The notes: generated by a model from the letters alone, not told the origin. 58,007 bases of DNA, filler included, from Platydemus manokwari (GCA_037951405.1; 4 parts of 4 records of this genome joined end to end with filler, not necessarily neighbours in it); one strand, 5' to 3'. Positions 1 to 13,794 are shown, counted from the whole stretch's first letter. A program made the numbers and translations.

Positions 1-515
1 TACCAATATTACAGGATTGAAATATAATGAGGTAAAAAATTCATTTTTGAATATGGGTTCGTACTTACTTTATAAAGAACATCATTTAAATACGTATGAC
101 AAACCAAAGACTATCTGAATCACAATATTCTGAGTTTAAATGGCTCTTACTTCCCCGTACTAAAAGTTGGGCACCTGAAAAAGTTAAGCGATGTTTTATA
201 TTAAGTCATGAATACATCTAAAAATAAACAATTGATTAAGTAATTAATTCAAATTAAATTACTTTTATCACATGAAAGTTGAAATTAATTAAATACAATA
301 TGAAATAAAAAGTGAATTTTTTGTTTAGCAAAAGTTATTATAAATATAAAATGATTTTTACGAAATTAATATGAAAAATAATAAAAACTTAAACTTAAAC
401 GTATATTTTAAACAAGTAATATTAATTATTTTTTATATTTTATTGAATTTTCATATTATTAATATAAATTTTGTTTAAATCTTCTCTTCTTACTTTTTAC
501 TTTAAAGCACGCGAT

Positions 516-3107
516 ATGTATCAAAATTCAGAAATACATTCTCAAGTAAAGGTATGATAATAGCAAGAAGATTTAGCTTATTAGTTAAAAATTTATTTAC
601 GATTATTTATTGAATTAATAATTCAAATTTACTTAGAATGAAGATAATGTAGTTAATTTTTTCAACGAAAAGGAGGTCAGTGAAAGTCATATTGTTAGAA
701 TATCGTTTTGATTTTTAAATTAGTGCGATGCTGATGAACTATTGGATCTGGAACAGTACGTTGATCAAATTTTGGAGGTTGAATTAAATCTTGTAGAACC
801 TTGATTTTGTAACATTTTGTAAATATTTCAGTTGAATGGGAAATTTTATCGAGTAGTCAGAGATGAACATTCAATTAACTTGGAAGAAGTCGATATAAAT
901 GAAATCAATAATGTGGGTGAAGAATTTGAAGAAATAGATTTTTGATTAATGTGTTTTGTAGATGGCAACTTCTCAGGAAAGTGGATTATATATGGATGAA
1001 AATGTAATTTTTTTTTCTTGTGACCCAAAAACCTCCAACTTATTGCAAATGATTTTTAATATTTTTAATGAGCTAATTAGTAAAGTTTTCAATCGATGTT
1101 TTTATTTAATTTTGACTAATTGAGTTTTGGTATTAATGATTTGAAAATGGTGATTTTTTATCATAATTTCTAAAGATTCTGATTGGTTAATTATAGTATT
1201 TGAATTTAAATTACTTTTATTGTAATGTTTAAAGTTACATAATAATTTAACGGTTTAATAAAATAAATATTACTGTTTATTAGATGTTACCAAACCAACA
1301 AACGATTAGCAATATAAAATATCCAACTCAGAAAACAGTTTTGGTATGTTGAAATGATTTATTGGGGGATATGTTTATCATGTTATTATCAAAGATGGGC
1401 GACCAACAATATATGCTAGTTGATAATCCCGAAGGGGGTGTTTCCTTTAAAGAAGTCGCCAACACTATCAATTATATTTGCCCGAAAATGGAATGCTTAA
1501 AGCGATTTAATCACGCAAACTCATTGACGAAACATTTCAAAGATGTTCACAACGTTAAAGTTTATATTTGTCGTCAGTGTCCGCGAATGTTTCAAGATCT
1601 GTCTGAACTCTTTCTCCATGCCCGTCGTGATCACGTCGATCCGAAAAAACCCCCTAAAGATCCGCGTAATTATAAATTTCATTGCGAATTTCCCGAATGT
1701 ACTTACATGACAAATAACGGTGGCACTTTCGAACATCATATTCGTGCCCACACCGGTGAGAAACCGTTTCGGTGCGATATTTGCGATAAGCGTTTCTCAC
1801 AAAACGCCAACATGAAAACCCACCGTAGTCGTCATGTTTCCGAAAAGGTGTTCCCGTGTGAAATTTGTAAGAAGAGCTTCAAAACGCACGACATTTATTT
1901 GGCGCATTTGAGGACTCGAGAGCACGAATTGCGCGAACATGTCGAGGAGAATATTGGTTCATCGGTATTTGGTTTTTATTGGTGGATATCATTAACAGGA
2001 ATGTCGCGTCACAGGTGAAAGTTGTGTGTCTGGGCTGCAATGAATGCTTTTTTAAGTTGTTTGATTTGCGAAACCATTCGAAAATGTGCAATCAGCGATT
2101 GGAAAAAATGTACAAATGCGTGTCGTGTGAAGTGATTGTTGCGGATTTCGATTCGTTGAAGAAGCACATCAAGAACCACAAGGAAAACATGACGATCAGT
2201 TGTCCGATTTGTGAAATGCCCGGATTCGAGTTCTACAACCAACTCAATCACCACATCACTCGCAGCCACATGATCAAGGTCAATCGGAAACATGTGTGTC
2301 GGTACTGTGAACGCACATTCCATGAGGAATCACAGATGAACGAACACGTCAAGGAGTATCATGCTGATGAAATCAATTCACGCAAATCACACGGCATCAT
2401 CGGACGATTCCAGTGTCCGTATGAGGATTGTCTGTTCACGGCCAACACAGAAATGCTCATCCAGAGCCACATCAATCAGCACGAGAACGGCAAACTCAAC
2501 GCGGTAAAATCATCACCGAAGAAGCGCGGAAGGAAGCGAAAGTTTCCCATACAGACAGGATCATCAATGGGAGAGCTCGATAATTCATCAGATATCAGGA
2601 ATGAGTGTGGGGAAATTTCACGTAAGATAAATTAAACATGAATCCATGGCAACGGTGATGGATATTTTTCAGTTATCAATAATGGACAAGTAATGCCAAC
2701 CGTGGAGAAAAGAGGACGAGGAAGGCCACGGAAGGTTGTCACTTTGCAGAAACCGTTTCAGAAAACGGAAATGCATGTGTTGCCTGAAATGGACGACGAA
2801 ATCGAAGGAACCCAGCTCGATTATGAGAATCTGGCTGAAGCATTTTGTAAGGGCGCTTTTAAATAAATATTTTATTGATTTTAACGTGTTACCAGTTAAA
2901 AGTGAGGCTGAATTAACCGAGGAATCATCCATTAAAAGGCGAGGAAGACCACGTAAAGGATTGGAGAGTTATAATTGCGTGATGAAAAAATCAGAAACTG
3001 CCGAAAATTCAGAGTTCGCCGTTGAGAACTCAGCAGAGATTTTTACCCCCTATATAAAGAGTGAAGGTATTTTAGAAAATGTCGATTCAGATTGCTTATA
3101 TGTTTGA
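516..3107 (+). CDS. Multi-C2H2 zinc-finger protein with C-terminal AT-hooks (10 exons, ~624 aa)
   Basis: Manually spliced exons 516-551, 637-675, 724-777, 832-912, 962-1003, 1284-1343, 1395-1964, 2015-2621, 2673-2846 and 2896-3107 give 1875 nt in one open frame with GT-AG introns, mostly 48-54 nt. About 10 fingers (one C2HC), a canonical HTGEKPF linker, AT-hooks KRGRGRPRK and KRRGRPRK plus KKRGRKRK, and an acidic N-terminus. The 5' micro-exons are less certain than the finger exons. Confidence 0.88.
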
Positions 3108-6005
3108 TTTAAATATATGTTGATAATGTTTTTCGGTGATATTTTCGTTTTATTGGGGTTGCTATTAGTTACGGCTAGTGTGTTCAAAGGAGTCACTATT
3201 AGTATGATAAAATTGAAATGTTTCGCCTATCAACTTGGTACTTCTCGGCTATATGACTTGATCTTATACAATATATAGGCTCAGGCACTAAATAATTGAA
3301 TTGTCTGTCAAATCGCTTGCGTCAGATGAGCTTGTCGACAATAAATTTCACTTTCAGCTATCGATACTTTCTCCGACTGTAATTAGTATTCATTCTTAAC
3401 TCGAAGTACCAAGAAGTTTAGTACTAAAATAAGCAAAATATGTATAGAAAAATATTTCCCGTACCTCAAAATAAAAAGAAACTGGAAAGACAAGTAAGAG
3501 CATGATTAAACTGATACAATTATAAAAAGGTCGAGTGAAAGATAATTTCCTTATAAAAGCCTTTTAGAATAATGGCTATGTCTTCTTATTTTAATAGGCA
3601 CTTGAAGTCGGAGGTCAATTAATTGAGATCCACCATCGATTACCTTAATTTTTCATTTAAAATTATATGCTAATTAAATTGTTTTTTAAAAAATTAAAGG
3701 ATATAGTATTCTAGTGGAGATATCAGAACTGGCGAGCTGAAACTAAATAGCCACTATTTCAGCACATGATGTAATCATATCATTATATCCAAGAGGATAT
3801 TTGTTTGAAATTATTTTTATTCAAATTGATTAAGGATTACCAAAATCTATCACATGCGTAGACATGAGACATTGGCATTTTCTATAAATAACACGTGATA
3901 TAATTTTTGCGTCAGGCTTCATGTTCATGATATAATCAAAAATATTTAAGATAATGTGTTTTAAAAAATGATTACATCACGTCGATTTGATAAGTGAAAT
4001 TTTTTGATATTTCTTAAATATGTAATTTTATATTTATCTTGACATAATTTATGACTGATCGTAATAAATTTAAATTTTGCATTAAAAGCTCCATCCAGAC
4101 TTTTATTTCTACGGATATCAGCCCATATAGGAGATGTACTTACATTTTTATTGCCAACCATGCCACGTTCAATCGTATTATATAACATTAACACGCAAAC
4201 AAATTGTTAATTATCTCTGAAAACCCCTATACATCCATTTTATGTCCAAATATACAACATACATATATATGCTATTAATAAAGAACAAAATAAGTAAATA
4301 AAAGTCAAATGATATTAAACAATCAATATTTTCTAAAGACTCCGATCCGACTCATGATATTATATCCATCTAGTTTAACCCAATTCAATCCATCAATTTC
4401 CATATTGATACGATGACAATATTCAAATTTTAATGATTTCAAAATTCTAACAATTATTTTGAAAATTTAATATTTGTTATTGATCTTTAAAAACAAACTT
4501 ATTTAATTTCTGGTTTTTATTCTTAAATCTAGTTGATTTTATCTATGAGTAAGTTTTTAAAATTGTTATTTTCATTCAATGTATACTTTAATTGTATTGT
4601 CATCATTTATTAACTGAGTATATTTATGCCCAATTTACCCGGCAATAATGGTTAAAACATTATGATGTATTAATGATTAATGGTGAATTATTTAAATTTG
4701 TGAATTGATGGTTAAATTATTAATGTGAAAGAATAAGATGATTTGAATAAGATAAATAAAATAAACAACAAGCTAAATAAGAAATAAATCTAAAATGAAA
4801 ATTAAAAAAATTAATATTATATGTAGAAAGAATAACTTTTATTACAAGACTTTGTGCAAAATCAACTTCAGCAGTGTTGCTATTTGAGATAAATTTAAAA
4901 TTACTTAAGTGCATAACAGAAGTTGGATATGTAATTATGAGCAAAACTGAACCTATTATTATTTAACCAAAAAGAAATTGTTCCAGCAAACTTTAGGATT
5001 TTCTCAACTCCATGAAACACGGAAAGTTGAAATAAAAATAATTTAATATAACTGAAAATAATCACGAATAACCAGATACAATGTCAATGAATAAGAAAGC
5101 CACGAAAATTTTACCAGTTAAAAAAATTGGATTAATGATGGAATTTTTACATTTATTTTTGTTTTTCCCTTTGGCTACTGGTATGAGTATTCATGTTCCA
5201 CTAATGGACTAACTTGAAATTCGAATATAATACAAAAATTTAGCAGAGTAATTCGAATCAAAGCAATGTGATTCGTAGTAATGTCTAATTTTAATGGGCC
5301 TTCACACAAATAGTGGTTCCAATAAAAATGGGAAAATATTTGTACATCATATGTCCATATAATATTGGCACGTATTATTGCAATAATTAGACAAATTATT
5401 TCAAAATTGATCGTGATTTTTTTATCTACGGGTGAAATTTTAATACTGGGTTAATCTTATGCTATTTTCTTTTTGATAAGAAATTTGATTTGCTGGCATT
5501 TATTCTGGCGTTATTTTTACTATTAATTGTTTTATTATTTTATCTAAAAATTTTAATCGTATTTCTTATGCTATAAATACATAACATTTTGGTAATTTTA
5601 AATTGTTACCGCTGCTGTGCTCTGAAGGAGATTGAAAAACCAATGTTTGGAACTATGGCAACCCAACTCTGATGTAAAAAGAAGGTCTATAGAAGAATTA
5701 AGTTTTGAATGAAGTCAAATGTTCTTCGATAACTTTTACTATAAAATTTTTATTTTCCAAGCTTTCTACAACACTCCCGCTGGTTGTCATAACTAGGTGT
5801 TCCATTTTTATGTTTATTATTATGAATTCACAATACAAAGTGAGAGACCAGAAAAGTGATAATAATTGACAAAGAAATGAATTTTAGTTTTATTTTAAAA
5901 ATTATCTGTTAAATTTAGTAATTATAAATTAATTTTAGTTTTAAAACAAACAACTACCCGCTAAATTCGGTAATTGGACGTAATAATTATAAACCAATAA
6001 GATAT

Positions 6006-6469
6006 GGACAGGAGGGATGTGCATAGAGAAATAAGTATATAAAGAACGAGATAATTATTTATTTTCATACTTTCAAAATCTAAAACTTCAAGGGTTAGAT
6101 GTATTATATTAGTAATGTATTTTGCCCTACAACCAGTGTACTTGTAAGGGAGTAGCGTATAATAAAAGTAGATTTGTGTCGGTTTTAGCAATGCACTAAG
6201 CCATTTAGAGGTAAAGCATTGTATTGCAATAAGCCAGGAGTAGATTCTGAGCTAAGGTAATCAGAAGAAGTACCGGGATCCAGTCCTCGATTTATTAACT
6301 TAACTTTTTAAGGATTTGTGTTCCCTTGGTGTAATCTTTTATCGGTGTATATTGTTATATAAATAAAGTTTAATCATAAATTTGTTTTATCTTAGTGTGC
6401 ACCGGTTATAATATGAGTCAGATAGGAAGATAATCGAGCCGTTAAGTTAGCGTAGGTCTAAACTAAACA
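6006..6469 (+). mobile_element. Possible 3' LTR remnant with polypurine tract (PPT)
   Basis: Purine run GGACAGGAGGGA is followed by TGTG..., then a GC-richer non-coding tract with AATAAA that ends in ...AAACA. Same PPT-TG geometry as other LTR elements here. No partner LTR or TSD seen. Confidence 0.3.
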
Positions 6470-7651
6470 ATTATATCAAATTACCATTATTCTTAAGTCA
6501 ATTTATTATTAGCAGAATTTATTGTTATTATCACAAACGACAACTGGCTTTTTGTATTGCCCATTATTTTTTAATTATTATACTATTCTCACATTACCAT
6601 GTTGCGTTTATACAGTCATCAGATAATCACAAGATAATTATTAATAAAATACTTATGTATAAATTTGTGCAAATATTGATATTGCCATTCACATATCGAT
6701 ATATGGTATAGAGCTCAACTACATATCGTTGTAATTTTAGAAGGAAAATCAAACCGAAACAAAAACAAAACTAAAATCGTTAATCAAGAGAAGCTGAAAC
6801 ATTGAGATTATTGATTACTGAGAATTACATACGACCATACATTGGTGGATTTACAATGACAGAGCATTTCAATCAAAGAGCAAATTCTGTTATTGTTATA
6901 TGAAAATTTGCTGATATCTGGTGAATTATAAGGTATAGCGATAATTTGAAAAGTATTTTTTTTATATTAAAGTAATCTACGTTTGTATGTAATATATTTC
7001 TTTCCTGGTACTCACGTTATTGACGAAGTTAACGAAATAATATTGTCAATTAATTAGAGTTTGTGCAAAATTCGTTTATGTTTTTTGATCAATTAATAAA
7101 AATGTCTTTTATGTTTATTCAATTTGTTATTAACACTATCTGTGTCTTATCAGATTCTATATTAGCAGGTATTAATTTGAATTATTCTGTTTTTCTTATG
7201 CCTCTACGTGCTTGGTGAATGGTTTAAGATAATGTTCGCAGTCTTGATATAAAAGTTAACACAATTTACAAATCTAATACAATATCCCTCACTCTGATTT
7301 TATTTAATTCTCTAATTGACACAATTATATCATATCAATACCAAAGGTGATAAATTGATAAAATCAAAGACACTCATACTAACAAATGTGATTATGATCT
7401 CTAATTGCTCGATCAATAACCAACTTCAATTTAATACTAAACGTTTATTAATGAACACAAATTCAAATTGATAAACAAACAGCAAGTTTAAAATACATGT
7501 TATGTTTAATAAAATATAATATCAGAATGATTACAACCTCTTGTAAAAGTTTATTGTTGAAAAACCATTACTAACATGCGGCATAGCTCAGTAAAAAAGA
7601 ATACACGACGAATGCCGTATATAAATATTAATTTTATATTATAATACCATT

Positions 7652-9638
7652 TGTAAGGGAGATTCGTATATAGAAAGGTGGATGTCGTATGTTTTTTGAT
7701 TTCATGTTGATTAGTGATTGCGCAATTGTTAGTTGCTTCAATCCAATAAACCTCACAAGACGTTATTACATCATCAATAATAAAATTATGTATATAACAT
7801 CGTTATTGTATTAAATAAATTATTCGGCGTAAAAAGACTTATTTGTAACATGGCGACCAACGTCCAGAATTTTATCAAGCCTCCAGAGCAATTGAAGCCT
7901 AGAGATTATTTGGAGAAATTCATTATAAAATTGAAGAGATTTATCGAGCTGCCTCAACAGCCAAGAGAATTCGAAGAAACACTGGCGAAACACTTTTCTC
8001 GAGATAGAATTGCTGCCAATGTATGAGGCCACCGAAGGAAGAGGTTTTGAAGAAACCCTTAGAAAAGTGTTCGAGCTTAAAATGAACCTCACTGCAGATC
8101 TTGATGCAACATTGAGATACCGGAAAGGAAAGGAAGAAAGCTGCAATCAACTGACAGATAATATTCTTCGGCATAAATTAACTTGGCCGTCATTGATGAT
8201 GTTTTTGACTTAACACTCAATTGAGGACGTGGAAATAAAATAGATCCACAATCGAAAGGATCATTCTATTCACAATCAGGAGGGCAGAGGCAGTTTAATG
8301 CCATGCATGACTATGATGAAGAGATGGACAGAGACATAGAGAAACACTCAAACGAGACTGCATTAATAGACGAGGCTCTTGTGTACAGGGAGGCGTTAGG
8401 AGCCATAAATTTGGTTTAAGTAGGTATTTAACTGACAATAAATGTATGAATGAGAATGTATGTGAAATGTATGTATGTGTGTCTGAATATATGAGAATGA
8501 ATGATGATTTTATTTCGAATGATTGTGATCGTATTTCCATTAATGATGAAACCTCTTATAATATACCTATATTTAAGAATAAGCTGGATAATATTGTTAA
8601 ATTTAAAAATTTACATAAGTATGCTTGTAATGCGGTAGATGTAAGTAATTTTTGTAACTTGAAGAAAGAAAAATTGAATATCGTTTATGATGTTATGAAT
8701 GGCAGACCCAGCATTAAGATTTTGTTAGAAAAGCATATTAAATTGCATTGCTTGTTGGATACAGGTGCTAAAATCAATTTTATCAGTGAATCAATGATTA
8801 AAAAACTAAATATGATTGATGGAATAGGTGAATCTTTAGGCGCCCCTAAAACGCCAGATAGAGAAAGAGTCTTCGAATCCAAAGTTATTTCAGAACTCTT
8901 GTATTGAAACAATGAAGTCCTTATCATCACAGTACCAATGGTCTGATCGAGCAACAATTTCTAACAATACGTGACGCAATAACGGCAAGTATTCAAGACA
9001 AGAAATACACAGATTGGCTTGACTTATTGCCTCATATCGAATTTATGATTAACGCTACAATACAACAATCGACGAAATTTTCAGCAGCAGACATAGTTTT
9101 TGGTAGACCTATTAATAAAGAATGGCAAGAAAGACAAATTACGGAAGAAGATATAAATGTACACCAATTAGAAAATCAGAGAAAACAGAATCAAAAGAAT
9201 ATTGAAAAGCAAACGAGGGCTAGATATCTTGAGACGAATAAGGTAGAACCACAAACGAAAAGAAAATACAATGTTGGCCAATGAGTATTAATAAAAAGAG
9301 AAAACCCTAATAAAATGGAAGATAGATACGAGGGCCCATATTAAATAATAGAAAAAATTCACGACAGGAGTTACAAGCTGAAGAATGGAACTGGAAAAAT
9401 GAAAATAAGATTTTAAAAGAGAAGATGTAAGGGAAATTCGTAAATGGAAATGTGAATGTAATATGTATATTGAGTGTGTTTGTTTGATTGTATGTTGATT
9501 AATGATTGCGCAATTGTCAGTTGCTACAATCCAATAATCCTCGCAAGACGTTATTACATCACCAATAATAAAATTTTGTATATAACATCGTAATTGTATT
9601 AAATAAATTATTCAGTATAAAACGATTTATTTGTAACA
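7652..9638 (+). mobile_element. Internally deleted Ty3/Gypsy LTR retrotransposon (gag and protease joined to integrase C-terminus)
   Basis: LTRs TGTAAGGG...TGTAACA at 7652-7850 and 9426-9638, clearly homologous but diverged. Primer-binding site (PBS) TGGCGACCA at 7851; PPT AAAAGAGAAGA before the 3' LTR. Aspartic protease motif LLDTGA (ORF 8446), then integrase remnants (YHHSTNGLIE, LPHIEFMINATIQQSTKFSAADIVFGR, RYEGPY). No RT/RNaseH, stops and frameshifts present, no clean TSD. Confidence 0.9.
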
Positions 9639-10856
9639 ATGATTATTATCAATTTTATTAATGATTAACGAAAACATTTAAAATGAAAACAAACACAATC
9701 ATAATAAAAAAATCAACTTTAAAAGCATTATATACACATACTAACACACATGCATTGTCAATTTTAAATTTTATGAAAGAGTTTACACTCGCTTTTTTGA
9801 TTTAGTTAAACAAACTATTAATTTGTCAATATAAAATTGGATGATAGAATTATTGTATTGTGTTATTTTAGTTTGATTACTGAGTGTTGAATTTGTAGCT
9901 GGTAGCTGTGTATATAAGTCAGTATAATCGTTTCATTTGCTGTGAGTATAGAAAATGTAGATTTCAATGATAAGTATAGGGAGAATGTGGCTGATATTAT
10001 GTCATTGTAGGTTAGTATTTCAAACCGATTTATTTAGAATTATTGATTGCTACAGTAATATCAAAAATTTTCTTGTCATTTATCACGATTATGGTCGTAC
10101 AACTATTTCCAATGTGTGTCAAAATCTGTTTCAATGAACCTAACATTATCAAATTCAAATTCTGTGTTAAAAATTCATAATTCAGATTCATAAAATTCAA
10201 ATTATTATTATTATCAAAAACTGTCAGTTATATTTTACAGAAAATTTATGGTCAATATTGTCTTCGATTCGATAATGGGCTGTCTTCATGATTCTTTTCT
10301 GTTTATCAAACATTGGTGTATAACGATTTGGTAATGATATCTTTATGATGAATGAATTCATAAAACATTTATCAAATACATTCTCAATTCAATAACTGAT
10401 TCATATGGTTCAAACTTCAATGGAAATATCTGAAGTGTAAGTACTGGTTTATATATTTTTAATTCTAGTAATCAAACGAGTTGGTCTTGTTTTTATACTT
10501 CATCAAACGATATATCTTCGTAAAATTTGAAAATTAGAATGTTTCATCTTATGGAGTTAAAAATGCTTTTAACTTCTCAGATAAAATTCTTGACAGACAG
10601 ATTTACATTAAACTATCTCTGTACTTTGAAATCAATCAAGATAAATGTATTAACAATGAGAAGGTCAATAAAATATTTTTGATAGAAATAATAAATGATT
10701 TGTGTAAACTAAAGCTCCATTCATCAATAATCATAACGATGATGTATTATAATATAATTTTATTTATGAAAACGTAATAAGTTTGTTTATCGGTTAATTG
10801 TATTTATATTTAATTACTCTGCCAATGCATTCATATTGGTTTTTGAGATATTTTTG

Positions 10857-12254
10857 ATGAAATTTCATAAAATCGATATTTTTATTATTGTAACTTTGGC
10901 TATACCGAAATTCTCTTTGGGTTTCATCACTAGTTTGGTAATTCCGATCTTTCCAACATTGATTGCAAATTATTTCCAATCGAACCAAACCTTGACAAGC
11001 TCAGACAACAATGAGACGAGTTCTGATATGAAAAACATCAATTTTAATTATCAGAAATTATCGATTTTATTTGCCATCAAATTTATTATTCAAGTCGGTG
11101 CTGGTCCATTGTTGGGATATATTTGTGAAATACTTGGATCGATCAATATATTATTATTCGGTGCAATATCTCAAGGATTCACGATTTTTTTCTATGGGTT
11201 TGGAAATAAATTCTTTCTTTTGATTGTGGGTCGCATAATTGAAGGAATAGCAAATTCTGCTATAAATTGCGGAGTATTATCGTTTATTCCTTATCGTTAC
11301 AATGAACATAAAACACAAGGTTTTGTGTATGGAGTAGTAGGATTGAGCCATTATATCGGAGCATCCTTAGGGCCGGCTTATGGTGGATATGTTTTTCAAT
11401 ATTATGGAAAAACTGTGGTATTTCTCGCATATTTTTCATGTATAATTTTGGAAACAATTTTTGTAATTTCTTTATTAGTGTATCTTCGTTTCATGGAGAA
11501 AAATTCATCCATTAAAAAGCCAAGATTACATGAACCAATTAATATAGAAATAACTGATAGAACAAACATCGATATAAAAGAAGATAAGAACTGTCAAGAA
11601 ACATTATTGGATGATGCTAATGAAAAAAATAATCCAGTATCAACTGATATCTCATTATCCACAAGGAAACATAATATATGGCAATTTCTTAAGGATCCGT
11701 ATTTTCTAATTGGTGTGACATCAACACCAGTGATTTTAATCACTATCCACATTTACATGGCCACACTTCCTCGATACATGAGAGAAAGGTTCAATTCAAG
11801 TGAATTTCAACAAGGTGTAATATGGTTGCTCAATATCGTTGGATATATTACTGGATTTTTTATTGGAAATGTTCTTAATAATAAATTCTCAAAAAGTCGA
11901 CACATTGTTTTAATGATAACATTATATCTTCAATCAACAGCATCTATTTGTATGGCTTTTCTACCGAATTGGTGGTCAATATCTTTCATTTTATGTTTCA
12001 TCGTAAATCAACAATTACTTTTTGATATAGTTTTGTCACCTATAATCGCTATCATTGTCGATAAGAGACATTATGGAAATTTCGGTATGATGGGTGGAAT
12101 AATTGGAACATGCCATGCTCTGAACTTCTCGATCGGAAATTATTTAGGTCCAATTTTATACAGTAAAATTGGATTTATATATTTGAATGTGATTATTTTA
12201 TTGTTCGGAATTGCATATGGACCTCTGTTATTGCTGTTTAAAAAATTCTTATAA
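10857..12254 (+). CDS. Intronless divergent SLC18 family MFS transporter (VAChT/VMAT-like), copy 1
   Basis: Single-exon 465-aa ORF from ATG 10857 with ~12 TM segments. SLC18 hallmarks: VIPIFP, glycosylated loop 1 (NQT, NET), LFAIK, GRIIEG, GPAYGG..Y.GK..VFL, FLKDPY, FDIVLSP..VDKRH, YGPLLLL. AATAAA lies just 3' of the stop. Confidence 0.9.
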   Translation: MKFHKIDIFIIVTLAIPKFSLGFITSLVIPIFPTLIANYFQSNQTLTSSDNNETSSDMKNINFNYQKLSILFAIKFIIQVGAGPLLGYICEILGSINILLFGAISQGFTIFFYGFGNKFFLLIVGRIIEGIANSAINCGVLSFIPYRYNEHKTQGFVYGVVGLSHYIGASLGPAYGGYVFQYYGKTVVFLAYFSCIILETIFVISLLVYLRFMEKNSSIKKPRLHEPINIEITDRTNIDIKEDKNCQETLLDDANEKNNPVSTDISLSTRKHNIWQFLKDPYFLIGVTSTPVILITIHIYMATLPRYMRERFNSSEFQQGVIWLLNIVGYITGFFIGNVLNNKFSKSRHIVLMITLYLQSTASICMAFLPNWWSISFILCFIVNQQLLFDIVLSPIIAIIVDKRHYGNFGMMGGIIGTCHALNFSIGNYLGPILYSKIGFIYLNVIILLFGIAYGPLLLLFKKFL

Positions 12255-12413
12255 TTCCTTTTATAAATAAAACAGACATTCAATTCTACTTGGCTTGATT
12301 TTAGGATTTTATTTCATCCATTATGAATGAAATCATTATATTTGATAAACAATTTTACTAGATTGTCGATCGATTATATTCAATATTAATTATTTCGATT
12401 AGATAATATAATA

Positions 12414-12821
12414 TGATCAGTATAGATTATTACAAACTACGGTGTGTGCCCCCTAAGAGGGTGTGAAACATTGTATTGGGGACGCTAAATTTTTTAATTC
12501 TAAATTAAAATTTAGTTGTTATAATTTCTGGTTTGTTGAAAGAAATTTATTGTACGAATTAAACTCTTCATTTCATTGCTGTTGTTTTAATAATATTGAA
12601 ACACAGCACATTTATAAAAATTTTATATCCAGGAAAATGGGTAAGTGGCTAATGAAAAGTGATGCAAAAAATTCTGCAGCTTCAGATCTGGAATTACAGA
12701 TTATTTATTAATAAAAAAGTATTATTTGAATAATCTTTCTATGAAGAAGATATTTATTTCATTTGAATAATATTTCATATGGGAGATATCACCTATTACA
12801 ATCTGATTTTAGGGGCGTCAG
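12414..12821. mobile_element. Small insertion (MITE- or SINE-like) present behind SLC18 copy 1 only
   Basis: Absent from the paralogous flank behind copy 2. Bounded by a 14-bp direct repeat TAGATAATATAATA (12400-12413 / 12822-12835). Has imperfect inverted ends GCCCCCTAA...TTAGGGGC with TA outside. Confidence 0.5.
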
Positions 12822-13794
12822 TAGATAATATAATAAAAATGAAGGAGCAATTTAAAAAGTTTTCATACCACTGGATTATATAACTAACAATCTTACATCG
12901 ACTATGACTTAATAAATCGGAATAAAAGTAATTATTTTGAATTAGAACTAATATTTAAAGGCATTTTTATGAATTTCAAAATGTAAAAATGTCTTCATCT
13001 GTCATATATAATGTTTTTTTAAAATCAACTAGGATATAAATGACCATTAATTAATGGTCAATGTAAAATTTAGTTGTCCTACTTTTATCTTTGGATGAGA
13101 AAAGTTTTATTGATTGATTTCTATGTGTTTAATTTTTTTTAAAAATATTCACTCGCTCTTGTCGATCACTCTTCAACACTACATTATATTTCATTCTGTG
13201 AATTTCAATTTCTCGATTTTAAAAAATTAATTTGTTTCTCGATATAAAGTACATGTTTATTTATTTATTAAAATATTTTATTTATTTTTTATTTATTTAT
13301 AGAAATACAACAGTTTTTTCAAAATTAAAGTACTTTATTTATTTTTATAAATTTTTGTCATGGCTGACACTGTGATATGCGATTGCAAGTACGTAAATTG
13401 AAAGAGAGTATTGTGCCTTGTAGTAAAATGTGTTTGAGCCCAAATGTGCTTGATTTACTACACTCATTGATCTAAGAAAAAATAAACCACATTAATTATT
13501 TTTCCGATTTAGAGTACCGTTTTGATGAATTTTTCGTTAGATATTAGAGAATAAACTATTTATTATCAGTTATGAAACTGTCATTGTTCTTGATGTATCG
13601 TTTGAGTAGCTTTTTAATTGTAATGCTTTTATTAATTTATAATGTTGCGTACTAAAAATGTACTATTATATGATGCTAGAATTTGATGTACGATTTGAGC
13701 ACATTATATTATCTTATAAAGCTGTCAGTTAAAAGATGAAGTTTTATAGCAGAAATCGCAAAAATATAAACAAACACTTTATAATAATAATTAT

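Noticed and set aside
1965-2895. Overlapping zinc-finger ORFs suggesting programmed frameshifting
   Set aside because: Fully explained by canonical 49-51 nt introns with compatible phases.
7576-7620. GCGGCATAGCTCAGT tRNA-like A box with a hairpin
   Set aside because: No anticodon arm, T arm or B box; at most a fragment.
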